Position numbers and translations under genes: made by a program. Shown piece by piece: positions 39,763-55,470 of a stretch of DNA of 64,000 nucleotides; position 1 is the first letter of the stretch, and the number at the start of each line of letters is the position of its first letter. The DNA comes from Paraspadella gotoi (taxonomy: Eukaryota; Animalia; Chaetognatha). The DNA lies in assembly GCA_051294375.1 (NCBI GenBank), contig CM119264.1, positions 8,410,268-8,474,267 of the forward strand, read 5' to 3'. The notes beneath the pieces are model-generated. The model did not search any database, was not told where the DNA came from, and worked only from the letters and a program-made list of their open reading frames with translations.

Positions 39763-40113
39763 ATATTCAGGGAAGCAAAAAAAAAAAGTAATGAATGTGA
39801 TATGCGGACTGACATACGACGTATGTAGCTACTTACTTTCACAAAAAAAGGTACAGGGATGAAAAAATTTAAAATTTATTCATACTGACATGTAGGTCGA
39901 AAACATTCTAAAAAATAAACTAATAAATAATCAATTGTTAATAAAAATTTTGTTTTCAAAAGTTGTACTGTAAAAAAAGACAAACCACTCGAACCTAACT
40001 GACAGATTGCCTCTGACGTCTGATTCAAAAGAAAATCCAGGTGAAGCAAAATCCTTGAACTGAAAGGATAGAAAATACATGGAGGATTTTTGATTCTCTC
40101 TCTCTCTCCTCGT

Positions 40114-40174
<61 letters not shown>

Positions 40175-40791
40175 CTCTTCTCTCTCTCTCTCTCTCTCTC
40201 TCACTCTGCTCTCTCATAAATGCATAGAGTTGCTTTATCAACCGTAGGCACCTGTTTTTTGAAAAATTCACTGCATATCCGAAGCATTTTCTCCATCGTT
40301 TGTCGCAGGTATCGTGCAGCAGCATTCGCGGTGTCATTTGCAGCTGCATCGATTCGGCTCGAATTCGATTTTTGGATTTCGTCAAAAAGTGGACGGAATT
40401 TGAAGCTGGATTCTCGGGAGAGAAAAATGGCGCCGAGTCAGCGAAAGCGGGGAACGAGAACGGCGACCACCGTGACGACGACGACGACAACAACAACAAC
40501 AACAGTAAAATAACAATAAGTTTGGGAATGGAAAATGTCGAAAGAAAGAATAATACTTAAATAACGCGAACAGAAAATTAAACGATTAGATTTTAATCGA
40601 TTTTAATAAATACTCAATTACTTATTCAAGAGTAAATACGGTACGATCAAACGTTAAGTAAAAAGAATTGGTTAGTATTATTTAATTAGGTAAATAGTTA
40701 GGTTTTACGAAAGATACCACGAGCTGTGTTCATGATGTTGACGACGACAGAAATGACGACGCTCCGGCAAACGAGGATTTCCAGGACGATA

Positions 40792-40822
<31 letters not shown>

Positions 40823-40877
40823 TGACAAGGACGTAGACGACGATTATGATTCCGACGAAGACGACGACGATGCCGAC

Positions 40878-42141
<1,264 letters not shown>

Positions 42142-42319
42142 TTAAAACGTTTTTCTTTTTCCCCCGCGAAAGGANNNNNNNNNNNNNNNNNNNNNNNNNA
42201 CAAAAAAACGTCAGTCTTCATTTGCTGTTTCTCTCCAATATCAGACCATTCCACGAGAGCTTGCGGCGTTACAGTCACTGGCGGAGGAGGAGAGAGGAGA
42301 GAGAGAGAAGAGAGAGGAC

Positions 42320-42374
<55 letters not shown>

Positions 42375-42407
42375 AGAGAGAGAGAAATTTAACGTTTTCT
42401 TTTCCCG

Positions 42408-45073
42408 AAGGAATTTTAACAACATATAATCTATCAGGTCTGCGTCACGCATTGAGATTTTTTCATTCTATTCGGATGTGTTAAAAAAATCAGGGGTTCT
42501 TTTAAGTTATAAAGATTATGGCGGTGGCAAAAAAGGATTGACTAGTAGGCATTTCGCGTTCCAAATATTAAAGTCTGATTTTTGACCGATCCTCTATTGA
42601 ATACTATTCAGGGGCAGGCTAGAGAATTGAGATAGATTGAGTCGTGGACCTTGGTGTAAAATCATCTATTGTGATGTTGCCCACATCAAGTTTGCGTCTG
42701 TGACCTCGCAATTTGATGGTGCAGACTTTCTTGTACGCGCACAAAGATAGGCATTATAGTAGTATTCCTTCTCGAAGTCAACGAAGCTAATGCCTCATAA
42801 AATTTGACAACCAGTCTCTTATTAATGAGTTAAGGCGTATTCATCTAGTGTTAATAAATACAATTTTATGATAGGTAACCTGGAAAAATTAAGTTGTTGG
42901 ACAAACAATGATAAACCCAATTTCACCCTGCATGGTACTCTCTATCCATTGTTCCTACTGGAATCTGTGGAAAAATGAAGTACTAGCATTATTCATTAGG
43001 CTCGTCGTCCGCAGTGACTGACTGAACTGGTGAGAACGAAGAACAGCAAGATGCGCGGCTCAGGACTATGCCTTTTGACGGTGGCGCAGAGAGGGCGACT
43101 AAATTATAATACCTTTTCTCTCAACGGTTCTCTCCTTCTTCCTTCTCAGCCTGCCGTTGCGTGTCCGCCTCGTTTTACTATTTCTCTCCGGACTTGTTCG
43201 GCTCCGGATGTCTTCCTTGCTGAGTCCCTTGCGCGATAGGACTATGAGGGCGTTTGCAATACCTATGAGTCTCTGCCATCTGCGTTGCAGAAGTTGATGG
43301 AGTTTACGAAGATGGTAAAAGTTCGTGGCAATGAGGTAACCATGAGGTGTCTATAGCCCGTGATAACGGACGAACTCTGCATAACTCATCGTCCTTCCAT
43401 CTCTTACTAACTTGATTGCATATAGAGGATTTGCAAGGTAGCGACCGGTAAGAGTGATTGGGATTCTCCTGACGAGGGCAGGGAGGTATCAATACTATCA
43501 ACTGCCTCTACGAGGGAGCAGACGCCCCATGCTTGATTGCACATAACCTATTCAGTTACTGTCGGCAACCATAGATGGTCGACCAAGACTCATCTCTCTG
43601 TGCTAGTAATTCATATAATGTATCCACAGAATCTTCAAATCTCAATTCACTGTCTTTTTACTTTAAATCGACTATCACATACTGCCTTTTCCCAACCACT
43701 CGCGGCCTATGTACTGCTCTTTTAAGACCCACCTGTTTCTTCACATATCTCTTCGTGACAGCTTCAATTTTTCTGATTATACTCTAACAATCATACTACA
43801 TCTCACCTTCTACTCGTTTACCTTATCCAATCTCAGTCTCACCAGTTACTTTATTCCACTCTTTCGTTTCATTCTCTAATCTTCTTCTCTCTCTCTTTCT
43901 TACCTATCATACTTACTCTCCGTATCTACTCTTACTTCTCTATCCCCTGCATTCTACGTACATCTCTCTTTTCATTTTTTCGTTCACCTCTGGATTCTCA
44001 ATCTTTACATGCCTCCACTCTTACCTTTCATCCACCACTCTCCCTTTTCTCGACTACTCTTACACTACCTCCCATAACTACCACACCTTTTTCTTTTGCC
44101 TCCAAGCACCCACTTCACTTCCAGTGTCCATATGAATTTTGATTATAAGTAATTTTACCTCCAAATGTTTTTTCTTTCCTCGTATAAATGGATTAGATTG
44201 TATTAATGCTTCTCTTCATCCGAGCATAATTGTTTTCTCATTTTTCCCTCAGTTTCTCCGCCATCTCGACTTTCTTGGGAGGCTGAACAACGGTCGCATT
44301 AAAGTTAGACAATCCGGTCTAGTGCGAAGAAGTGTAGTACGTTATTATGTCTTCACCCCTTTTTTTTGTGTGCATGTTTCTTTGGTGGTGTGTGTGGTAA
44401 GAAAGGGATCTAGAGAACCCGCGAGTCTTTTTGCTTGACTTTCCCGACTTCACGGTTCCGCTTCGTAAGATGTTGGGAAAGTAAAAAGTATATGTTTTTT
44501 CTTAAAAACTATTATCGTATCGAACAGTTTTTTAGAAAGCATATACTGGAGTTTTTAAAGCTTAGTATCATAATGACCTAGTTTTACATTGCGTCCATTA
44601 GGCTCTAATCGTGTAACTCATCCCACATGTAGAGAGTAGAGAGAGAGAGGAAGAAGTGATGTAAGCAGAGACTTAGTGCGACACGAATGAAAAGATGATG
44701 TAAAAGAATCTGCATACTGAATTAATGTCAGTGGTGAGGGTGACGTGAGTTTAAACAAGTTAACGTATAGAAAAAAACAGGGTTACAAAAGCGGAGACAT
44801 GTAAACATGTGCCGACTGACACGCGCACAAGAGGCGATATGAATTCCCTGCAACAGGGCTTACCTACTCTACTTGGTTTAGACACACAGACCGGATATTA
44901 ATTGGATATTTACCGATTGCCGTAGCGAATGTGTTACTTGAAGGGTAACAAGTGAAAACGAGAGGGAGTGCGAAGAGATGGAGACGGAGAGACGTTTGTG
45001 CGTTGACGAATACTCCTCATTTTTATGCTTCCAGGCTCTCTGTCTCTGTCTCTGTCTCTGTCTCTGCCTTCGT

Positions 45074-45114
<41 letters not shown>

Positions 45115-45870
45115 CTCTTCTCTCTCTCTCTCTCTCTCACTTTCTCTCTCTTTGCTATCAGTTGTGATATAAAATATCTCTATCGGATGATATTAGAGCT
45201 TAATTGATCGATAGTAGAACCAACATGTCCATAAGAATAATGTGCTATATCGAAGTTTGACTAGTATTATACTAGTACTTTTTTTTAAGAAACAGCTGCC
45301 AATTAGAAAAGTATCATTTTTAAAATTCTAAAAAAGAAGTAACTTTTGAAATAAGAAAAGTAAGACATTTTAGTAGTTTTTGCATAACTTGTAAGTAGCA
45401 TGTATAAATTGAAAACAAACCCCACGATACCGTATCTTCTCCCCAGCTTCGACGGTCATGCCTACCATGGGTTGTTAAACGTAGTCTCAATGGTAAGAGA
45501 TAGATTCTCTCGCAACGAGATCTCGGTGTGGAATCGTTACCTGCAGAAGGCAACTCCGCTGCCATTATGACAAAATTCCCATTTTATTTGGTGTAACTCC
45601 CACCGGCGCTAACACGGTTCACTCCTTTGGAAGTTAAATAAACTACGCTCTCGGAGTTCTTTTTGATAACGACTAAAAATGATTTCTCCGCTTCACAATT
45701 CAAGTGAAATCCACCCTGTTAGGCCGGGGAACGATTCTATATAAAACATAAAGGCAAATTTCTCTCGCTCAATGAACTATCGTGACGTACAATACTGTCT
45801 ACAGTCGACCCCAGTCGCAGCCGAGGCCTCATCTCTCTCTCTCTCTACTCTCTCTGCTCTCTCTCTCTCT
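42408..45870 (+). other. Insertion-riddled, single-read-quality copy of 45873-47900, with an embedded inverted piece (44290-44560) of ~48170-48380
   Basis: e.g. gttaaaaaaatcaggggttcttttaagttataaagattatggcggtggc vs gttaaaaaatcagcttaagttatagattatggctggc; 44950-45870 matches 47230-47900. Confidence 0.85.
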
Positions 45871-46051
45871 CTCAAGGAAAAACAAAAATTCAGGCGGCGA
45901 TAATTTTTCACTTTCGGAGTTAAAAAATCAGCTTAAGTTATAGATTATGGCTGGCAAAAGATGACAGTGGCATTTCGGTTCAAATAAAGTCTGATTGACC
46001 GACTTGAACATCAGGGCAGGCTGATTGTGATTGGCGTGGGCTTTGAAAATT

Positions 46052-46250
46052 AGTGATGCCATATTCTCTGACTCGCATTTGATGCAGTACTTCTGTCGCG
46101 CACAAGATGGCATAGTCCCCGACAAGCACCTAATGACACAGTCTCTTAGTGGCATAGTCTCTGATTAGCACATGATGGCATCGGCTCTGACTGGGAAATG
46201 ATGGCATCGGCTCTGACTGGCAGACGAAGGCCTCGACTTTGACTGGCAGG
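46052..46250. repeat. Degenerate 26-bp minisatellite (atgatggcatcggctctgactggcag), ~8 units
   Basis: Two near-identical units at 46172 and 46198, with divergent units on both sides. Confidence 0.75.
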
Positions 46251-46630
46251 CGATTTTATTTCTTTTTCAAGGTTCCTTCTCTCAGGCGGCGTCGCGTTTT
46301 ACATTTCTCTCCGGAGTTCGGGGAGTCGCTGAGTCTGAGGAGATGAGGGGTTGAATAGATGAGGAGGTTGAGAAGTTGAGGGAGTTTAGAAGATGAAAAG
46401 TTGAGGAAATGAGGAAATGAGGTGTATAGCAGTGAGAGGACGAATTGAAATTGTAAAATTGTGAGAGGATGAGGAGGAGGAAGAGTGAGGTGACGAGGCG
46501 GAGTTAAATTCATGTCGAGGAAACGCCTCCTCGAGAATTCGAGTCCAAATGAGTCACAAATGGAAAATAAATGGAAAAGAAAACAATCTGTCAAAAACAA
46601 TTTCTCTTTCATTCTTTTTCTTTATATCTC

Positions 46631-46786
<156 letters not shown>

Positions 46787-46966
46787 TCTCGCCCTTTCAC
46801 TCTTCGCTATCTTTTCCTCCCATAATTTTTCTCCCGCATTTCTTTTCTTTTTTCCTCCAATTTTTCTCCCCTTTTTTTCCTCTTCATCCGGAGCATAATT
46901 TTTTCTCCATTTTTTCCCTCAGTTTCTCCGCCATCTCGACTTCGGTGCCGCCTTAATGTCGTCTAG

Positions 46967-47074
<108 letters not shown>

Positions 47075-48859
47075 AAGAGAGAAAAAATCTGAATCTGAAT
47101 AAGAGGGTGAGGGAGAGTTTAAAAGAAGAGAAAAACAGAAAAAGGGAGACTAACTGTCCGAGACACGCGCACACAAAAGGCGAGATTGAGACAGTAAGAA
47201 AAAAAATGAAGAGGGTGCGAATGAGTAACAGTGAAAAGAGAGGGTGCGAGATTGAGACAGAGACGTTTGTGCGTTGACGAATACTCCTCATTTTATGCTT
47301 CCAGGCTCTCTGTTCTGTCTGCTGTCTCTGTTCTTGCCTCTGTCTCTGTCTCCTCTCTCTGCTTCTCTCTCTCTCTCTCTCTCTCTCACTTTCTCTCTCT
47401 TTGCTATCAGTTGTATATAAATATCTTCATGATATTAACTTTTGATCAATATAACCAACATGTCCATAAATTAATGTGCTATATCGAAGTTACTATATTA
47501 TACTATACTTTTTTTTCAAGAAACAGCTGCCAATTAAAAAGTATCATTTTTAAAATTCTAAAAAAGAAGTAACTTTTTGAATTAGACATTTAGTAGTTTT
47601 GCATAACTTTAAGTAGTCATGTTAAATTAAAACAAAACCCACGATACGTATTTTCTCCCCAGCTTTCGACGGTCATGCCTCAGTTTTAAATTCTCATTAA
47701 TATTTCTCCCACCGGTTATCGAAGGACTCGCTGCATTAGAAATTCCCATTTATTTTCTCCCACCCGCTAACGTTCATCCTTTATTTTTAAATCGCCTCGG
47801 GGTTTTTTTCGCTAATGATTTCTCCGCTGCTTCAGTGATGTCGACGATTCAAACCAAGATTCTCTCGCTCTCTCTCTCGCCCAGTCCGGGCCTCTCTCTC
47901 TCTCTCTCTCTCTCACTTCTCTTCTTCTCGCTCTCTCTCCCTCTCTCTCTCGTCTCTGTCTCTCTTAGTAAATCGAGAGCAAAGACCCGCGGGAACAAGA
48001 AAGAGGAAGCCTGTCGGGGAATACAGCTCTGGACTTTCAAGATGTACAGCACCAATGACATTTGTGATCTTTACATTAGTGCAAGTGTATTCCATAATTG
48101 AATGTAAACATTCAGAGCTCAATGGATCGAAATGTAAAACTAGATTTATACTCAAGCTTAAAACCCGAATTGTTTAAAAAAATTGTTTAAAATTGTTTTT
48201 AAAAAAATATTTTTTTCACTTTCCCAAAATCTACGAAGCGGAACGGAAGTCGGGGGAAAAGTCAAGAAAAAGACCCGCGTTCCTACACTTACACACACAC
48301 ACACACACACACACAAAAGAAAAACACACACAAAAAAAAGGGGGTGAAAAAAAGAACAACTTACGATTGTTCACTTCGACCTTCGCTCCCAACGACATAT
48401 ACATCATCCATTACGGAGAAAAACTTTTTCTTTTATCAAATTTGCTGGAGTGAAGGGGTTGGAGCAAAAAAAAGTGTGGAGTTAAGTGTGAAGGTGAAGG
48501 TGGTGGAGTAAATGGAAGAATTAAATTGGAATCAAGTGAACGAAAAATGAGAAATTACTATCGGGAAATAATATTGATAATTTAGTAAAGAATGAATTAA
48601 TAACAAGGGTGAATAATGCTGTACTAAGTGATGAAGGTGAACGAGTTTGTTTGTTTTTCGATGACTGTCGAAGAGTATGAGGAAACAGTCAAAGCAGTCA
48701 AGGCGCGAGGGGGGAAAGGCTTGGACTTTAAAAAAAATGAGATAGAGATGGAGAGAAAGAGAGAGAGAGAGTCTGGCGACATCTTCGCACTGAGGTCATA
48801 AGCGGTCGCCAAGGGTTGATGGTTACTCCGATAATCCAAGAGAGAGAGAAGCGAATAGA

Positions 48860-48897
<38 letters not shown>

Positions 48898-49247
48898 GGG
48901 TTTTTCTCCAAGGCCAAGCTCGACTGTTTCTTCGTCCATAACTGCATTCGCGAGTCTAATGCAAATTTGTTTTCATAGCATGAAATTGAAAAAGAATGAA
49001 CAAAATTCGGAAATTGTTCATTTTTCAAACTTTTTAGGTACCTTATTCCTAAAATTTATTATTAGCCAGAAAAGCTTAACTTAATATATTAATTATACAT
49101 ACCTGAATCAATAATCTATTCCTTCTTTTATACTTACTCACTGAAAAATGGCAAAAGGATACAGTCAATTTTCTTAATTAATAAATAATGTCACTTTCAT
49201 TTAAGACCAATCATAAACATGAGATGAAAGGTAAACAAAAGGTGGAG

Positions 49248-49360
49248 AAGAGGAAGCGAAGAAAGAAGAGGAAGCGAAGGAGGAAGAGGAAGTGAAGGAG
49301 GAAGATGAAGCGAAGGAGGAAGAGGAAGCGAAGGAGGAAGAGGAAGCGAAGGAGGAAGAG
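49248..49360. repeat. 18-bp GAAGAGGAAGCGAAGGAG tandem repeat (~6 units; reads EEEAKE on +)
   Basis: Read directly. Confidence 0.9.
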
Positions 49361-49514
49361 AAAAAGGATGAAAGGGAAAAAGAAAAGAGAAATATCCCTT
49401 TCATCAATGAGTTGGCTTCAGGGCGAAAAAACAGGGACACAAAGAGATCAATTCGTCGTAGGACCTTTATAATTGATGTTAATGATAGCTTTCTTGCAGT
49501 GATCGTCTCTCTCT

Positions 49515-49549
<35 letters not shown>

Positions 49550-50154
49550 TCTCTCTCTCTCTTCTTTCTCTCTCTTGCTCTGAATTTGACAATTGTTTCA
49601 GTTCTAATAAATTCGTGTATTTCAATTCGTTGAAATTGTTTTTTTCAACAATGACAAAGTCAGCTGCAGATTTATCTACCGCATCGACAAGATCCAATTA
49701 CAAAAAAATGATATCTAAAAAAAAAAGGAACGGAAATTCCAATGTTTGTTACGCAGCAGTGACTATCAAATCCCGCTTATTTTAAAGATTTAAACAAAAA
49801 TCCAAAGGTAGTGCTAGATTTGAGGTACTATTTTGGTCTTAACAAATGACAATACAATGGGATAGACCGACGAACATACCCACCGACCGAAAAGTGACTT
49901 ATAGATAATTAGATATGCTATGCGAGTACTTTTAGTAAACTAAAAATATGCAACAAAATACGAGAGAGGACCTGGATATAACGATTCCTTCATCCTATCT
50001 TAAGCTTACTTGTACAATTGTAATACTTGTAATACGTGTAATACTTTCTTTATCGTCAATTGTAAAAATCCTTTTCTTCTACTCCGAGTTTTCCCATCGT
50101 TGCCTCCAGATTGAGAAGTGAATCGAGAAAGAAAAGAAAAAGGAAAAGAAGGAG

Positions 50155-50600
50155 AAAAGAAGAAGAAGAAGAAGAAGAGGAAGCAGAAGAATATGCAGAA
50201 GAAGATGCAGAAGATGCAGGAGAAGAAGCAGGAGAAGATGTAGGAGAAGATGCAGAAGAAGCAGAAGAAAGAAGCAGAAGAAGATAGAGAAGATGCAGAA
50301 CAAGCAGAAGAAACATAAGAAGCATAAGAAGCATAAGAAGAAGAAAAAGGAGAAGAGTAGCAGAAAAGCAGGAGAGGCAGAATAAGCAGAAAACCGAAAG
50401 AAGAAGTTGCAGAAAATCAGAGCGAAAATAAGAAGAAGCAGAAGCAGAAAAAGTAGAAGAAGCAGAAGAAGCAGAAAAGCAAAAGCAGAAGAAGTACAAG
50501 TAGAAGTAAAAAAGCGGAAGAAAGAGAAAAGCAGAAAAAGCAGAAATAAAGAGGAAACAGAAGTAGCAAAAAAAAAGCAGAAATACAGAAGAAGCGGAGG
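50155..50600. repeat. Degenerate (GAA)n/(GAAGCA)n purine-rich array
   Basis: agaagcagaag motifs throughout. Confidence 0.85.
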
Positions 50601-51734
50601 AAGACATCATAAGGAGGAGCAAGACTTTGAGTAATGGAGGAATCACCGCCTCCTCTCTCTCTTTTTCCTTTCTCTCTTAAAATTCCCTTTTTCTTTCCTT
50701 TCATTTTTCTTTCCCTTTTTCTGTCACGTTTTTCTTCGGTGACTCGGAGAGACACTTTATGGAATCTCTTTGTCTGTCTTTTAAATCTCTGGGAAAAAAA
50801 AACAANNNNNNNNNNNNNNNNNNNNNNNNNAAGGAGGGAAGTGAGGAATTCCAGTGTAATGTGTATCAAATGATTCTTGGCAGCCTATCGATTGAAATGT
50901 TCTATTGAATTATTTCTTCATGTCAATAATTTCATCATAAATAACTCGGTATGATCCGTTTCAATATCCGAAAGTTATCGCACATTTCTTAAACGTACGT
51001 ATTCGCCTGAATTAAATTTTCGCCTTCAAACCGATCAATCTTTCGCTAAGATTTTACTCTAGTCATTTTGTCTTCCTTGTCGTTTCGAGCATCCACATCA
51101 TAGAGATTCGAGTTTATCTATTGCGTTACTTTTCTATCTTTTTTCAGCTCTTAGATCGGTCCCGCAGTTCTGATTTAAGCGAGGCGCGATCCGGAGCCTC
51201 ATAAGCGTATATTAATTATGTCGATAAGTAAAGAAATAAATAGAATATCTAAATGAGATATGAGTACAGTTATACAGCTCTTAATTATGATAAAGTTTTG
51301 ATTTTTTAGTAATAAGAGGAAGTTTAAGAGAGCAAATAGATTATGGGATTCTGGATATGTGTTGGTGAGATTTATTTTCTATTTCTGATAAAAACATTAG
51401 GGGAATTCGAAACAAAAATGAATTGTGCATTTTTAAAAAAATATACTATTAACTTTTGATAACCTTTAGTTATACTACCCATCTATTTTATTGAGTATAT
51501 GAGTTCAAAGCATTTTGTCTTTGGAAAACAAAAATTGCTATAACCGATTCGATTGTTTATAACGGGAAAGGTCCTTTAGATGGAATCAAAATTTGTTACT
51601 TCGTATGAGAAGATCTCTGTAATGATACGTTGATATGGATTTATGTCATAGTGAATATAATTTTAGTAATATTGTTTTTATATATTTGCTTAATTATTGA
51701 CTGATAGGATTGATTTTGAATATCAGTTTACATT

Positions 51735-54700
51735 TGATTGATCATATACAGTATCAACGATAGTGTATGTATGGGCGTGGAGTTAGTTATGTTTATAGAG
51801 AAATGAGGTTGTGTAGAGATTTTAGAATTGGAACAGTATAGAGAAGGAAAGAACGAGCGTTGGGATGAAGTAAGATAAATTAACACAAGAACAAAATGAA
51901 GGAAGATTATGCGCAGAGAAAAAGGCAGGCAATAAACAATGATGAAACAAATAGTCGCATGAGAGAGAGATGTATGATGGATTGGAATTTGCTTAGAAGA
52001 AAAGTTGAAGAGTGGAGAATCTAGGATTCCTCTCGTCGTTTCTCTGCCTGTCGGATTTCGCTGAAGAGAAAAGCCGCTCACGTCATGATTGGTCATCAGA
52101 AGAAAAAGACGGAGAAGGACCAAGGAAGAGACGAGGAGAAAGAGAAGGAAACCACTAAGTCAAGCAGCGACCAATTATCTCTGTAGTGTGTCAACCAACA
52201 AATTTTGCCCCACTAACACCCTGCGAGGAGCTTGCGGCTCGTGTCAGCTGAGAATGCGCGAAAAGACCGTAGGGTCGTTGTTCATTAGAACGGCCGCAAG
52301 TCTCTATTCATTCCATCTCCTATGTCTTAAATAATTGGCCCCTTGTCGAGCTCAATAAGTTCCTCCTCAGGTGTGGATGATAGGAGGGTGGAGAAGTTGT
52401 GTCACCATGGGAGTTGCCTCCATCACCAAGTGGTGCATGTAATGTAATGATTCAATCTGTTAATTTGTTTAGAGAACATGTAGCTCTTCTAGGCTTTGCC
52501 AGGATGGGTTTAGCTGGTTGTATCTGATTTTTTAGGTTTTGGTGGAATTGATGGTGGTCTTGATTTTAAGATGCGCATCAGACAGTTTTGGGATGATTCT
52601 GATAGGATCTGCTGGGTTTCTTAAGTGTTTTTTTTTCTCACCTTTTCCTGATTATGCTGCTTATAATTTTGACGATTTTGTTTGCACTAAGGATTTTCAA
52701 AGCTTGACATTCAGTAGTAGTTTCTCAGTTGGTCTTCTATGGAATGACATTTTTGTCTCCAAGCTTTTATCATAAACAAGTGTGTGGGAGGAGACTCTTG
52801 GAGTTAGTCTTGCTGTGGGACGGTTCCATTATGTTATTTTGAATGAATAAGGACTGCGTGACTCTCACATTCGATAGATGACTTGTACGAGACTTTCCTC
52901 TTCTTTGTAAGTTTCCTTGTTGCTTTGCACTGCACTACTCAAGGAGTTTTTGAGTGTAAGTTCAAGGCCAGCGTAGGCTTCATTTTGGTAAAGATTTAAG
53001 AAATTTCATTCTAGGGTACTGAGAGAGTTTTAATCAAATTGGAGAAGTCAGTGTAAATATTCCTGCTCACGACTTATTGCTCTGTAGGGAGTTCCTCGGG
53101 ATGGAGGTTATTTGTAGTTTTGCCTATTTTTACTCCGTTATCTTGAGCTATTGGAGGGTTCATCACGTTTATGTGCTTGGCCACTTGTAATCTGCTATTT
53201 TGGGGTCTTCATAACAGTTTGTTGTTGAAACTGTCTTTTTAAATCGTGTTTGCTTTGTGGTTCTTTAAATGTCCTTCCGTCTTGTATCTTTTACTTGTTC
53301 TTCTATATTACAATATTGGGGATTATTCTGCTATTTGTGTTGAAATTGTCAATGCACAAAGTGTTTGGAATTGTGGCAGTCTGTTTTGCATCCATGATTT
53401 GAATCCTTAGTCCGGTTTGGTTCTCAGTTGGTCGTTCCTGTAGCAGGAGAGTTGCTGCCCTCCTTTTTTTTTTCCTTAAGCTTCAGGGTGGCCCAGTAGA
53501 ATATTTCCGGGCAAATACCTAGTTCTAGTCGGTAACAGCCTTTCTTAGGTGGTATTCCGCCATGTTTTTGTATCTTCCCGTTTTGGTGTTGTTCGAGCCT
53601 TTTCTTCCTCTGTGGTCTTTTCTACAGTCGTTTATTTTTCTTCGTTTTTACATTATGCTTGCTTCTCAGTACCTTCAGATTTTGGCCGATGGTTTGGGTA
53701 CTTCTTAAATTGTGCCTGTTTCCCTGCTAAAAAGAGTCTTATCCCTATTCGATACATTCTATCTACTTTATTTATCTGCATTTCCTTTCTTATATTATCT
53801 TTTTCTTCTTTTATATTTTCTTTTACTCGGATAGTAACGAATCAAATTTCAGCTTTAAAATGTGCCATCTTCAATATCAATAGCCTTATGTACATATCAT
53901 AGGTTTTTTTCTGGGCCTGAACTATAATTTCTAGAGTTTGGGATTTGTATTTAGACTGATGGGTTACTGATTATACATGCTTGTCACGTTTTGTTTGTTG
54001 ATTCAATTCTGCACGATGTTCATAAGGCAGTTGCTTGGGCTTCTAAATGAAAGCGGGCGTCAATAGTTAGTTATTTTGAAAGTATTGTTTATTTATATCC
54101 ATTTTCTATGTGTGGTCCATCAATGTTGAGGGGCTGAAAAGTACTTGATGTAGTAGTTTTCGGCATTTCTTAAAATTATTTTATCTCATTGACTTTATTG
54201 GCGGCGTGATAGAAGTAGGGTAGTGGGCTTGAGGAAAATTTTGTGAGCTTTTATGATAGCTTCTTTGCATTTTTTCAAATTGACTTTTCATTTGGGTCCG
54301 GATTGGCCATCATAAGTTTGGCCCGATTGCAGTTTCTTTTCTGGTACCGAGGGTTTTTATGTGTATAGAGCATTTCTGTTAATGTGGTGAGATGTAGCTA
54401 ATTTTTAATTGTTTTATGTCGCGACTTTTGCCTTGCTTCTTTTTATTCTTGGTATAGGATTAATCAGGGAGAGAATAGAGTTTTTCTTTTGTGTCTTGGC
54501 GACTGATTGGGTCACGTGACGGCGTGGCTCAGAGAAAATAACACATGTTGTCGTCGGGAAAGGATCTTTTGATAAGTTTGGCGCTCGTTTTTTTGAATGC
54601 AACGTAAGGGGGGAGTTTTTAAAACTTAGAAAGTTTAATATATAAGAGATATTTTTTGTTAAGCTTGAATAAGTTGAGGAATTCGGTTTTCAAGTTTGGA

Positions 54701-55470
54701 ATGTGTAGTTTTTTGTTCTCCTCAGTGTTTTTTTTTTTTTTTTTTCTTTATTTTTTTGCCTTTCAGGCTACAAATTTGAACGCACTCCTGAATTCTGCAA
54801 TAAATTTTTTATATATATTTGTTTTAGAGTTGGTTTTTTTACTTGATTTTTTTTCTTTTGTCTTTTCACCGATCACACTTTTTTTTTGGGGGTGGTCGGG
54901 GCGGCGGGGGGGATGGGTTCTTTTTTCATCGCTTTATACTTAACTGGGTAGATTATTTCTTAAAAATTTATTTTTTATTTAGTTAGAATATGAAGAGTAT
55001 TATTTATTTGTTTTTTAATTTTAAGGGTAGACTAGATTGTTGGTGTTTTTTAAGTTTGAGGTAGCGTAGTTCCGGTAGAGTGGTCTTCTTAGTGATGGCG
55101 TGGTAGTCTATATCCAGTCTGTCACGACCTAAACGTATAGGAAGGTAGGCGGTTTTTTGTGAGATAATATAGGAGGAGTTTTATTGACATATACAGCACT
55201 TGTGGATGTATAATAATTACATACCAATATTTAATGTAGATTATGCTCAGAGAATAGTGCTAGGCAATTAAACAATATAACAATAGTCCATAAGGAGTTT
55301 GATTTTGTTTCTTGAAGGTAAGTTGAATCGAGTGATCTAGTTTCCTCTCTCAGGTATTCTCGCTCTGTCGGTTCCTGAGGGAAGCCTCCTTAGTTGGTCC
55401 AATCAGAGAAAGACGGAAGAAGCCAAGAGAGACAAAGCCACAGATAATCCATTCTCTGCGTCTTGTGTTA
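51735..55470 (-). mobile_element. ~3.7-kb element bounded by degenerate direct repeats (~51735-52190 and ~55180-55470) with an A/C-rich minus-strand interior; LTR- or Penelope-type retroelement candidate in low-accuracy sequence
   Basis: Shared blocks ttga(t)catatacag, gattatgc.cagagaa..ggcaat(t)aaacaat, tctag..ttcctctc, ttggtc..atcaga..aaagacgga..ccac; interior lacks microsatellites and is T/G-skewed on +; no intact ORF. Confidence 0.4.

Noticed and set aside
43030-43787. Normal-complexity ORFs in 43-44 kb
   Set aside because: They lie in the insertion-riddled copy of 46250-46640, so the complexity is sequencing noise
53488-53520. Minus-strand YLPGN..GP-like text recalling the parvovirus/Polinton PLA2 motif
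   Set aside because: Requires frameshifts, and the downstream DxxxxxHD motif is not visible
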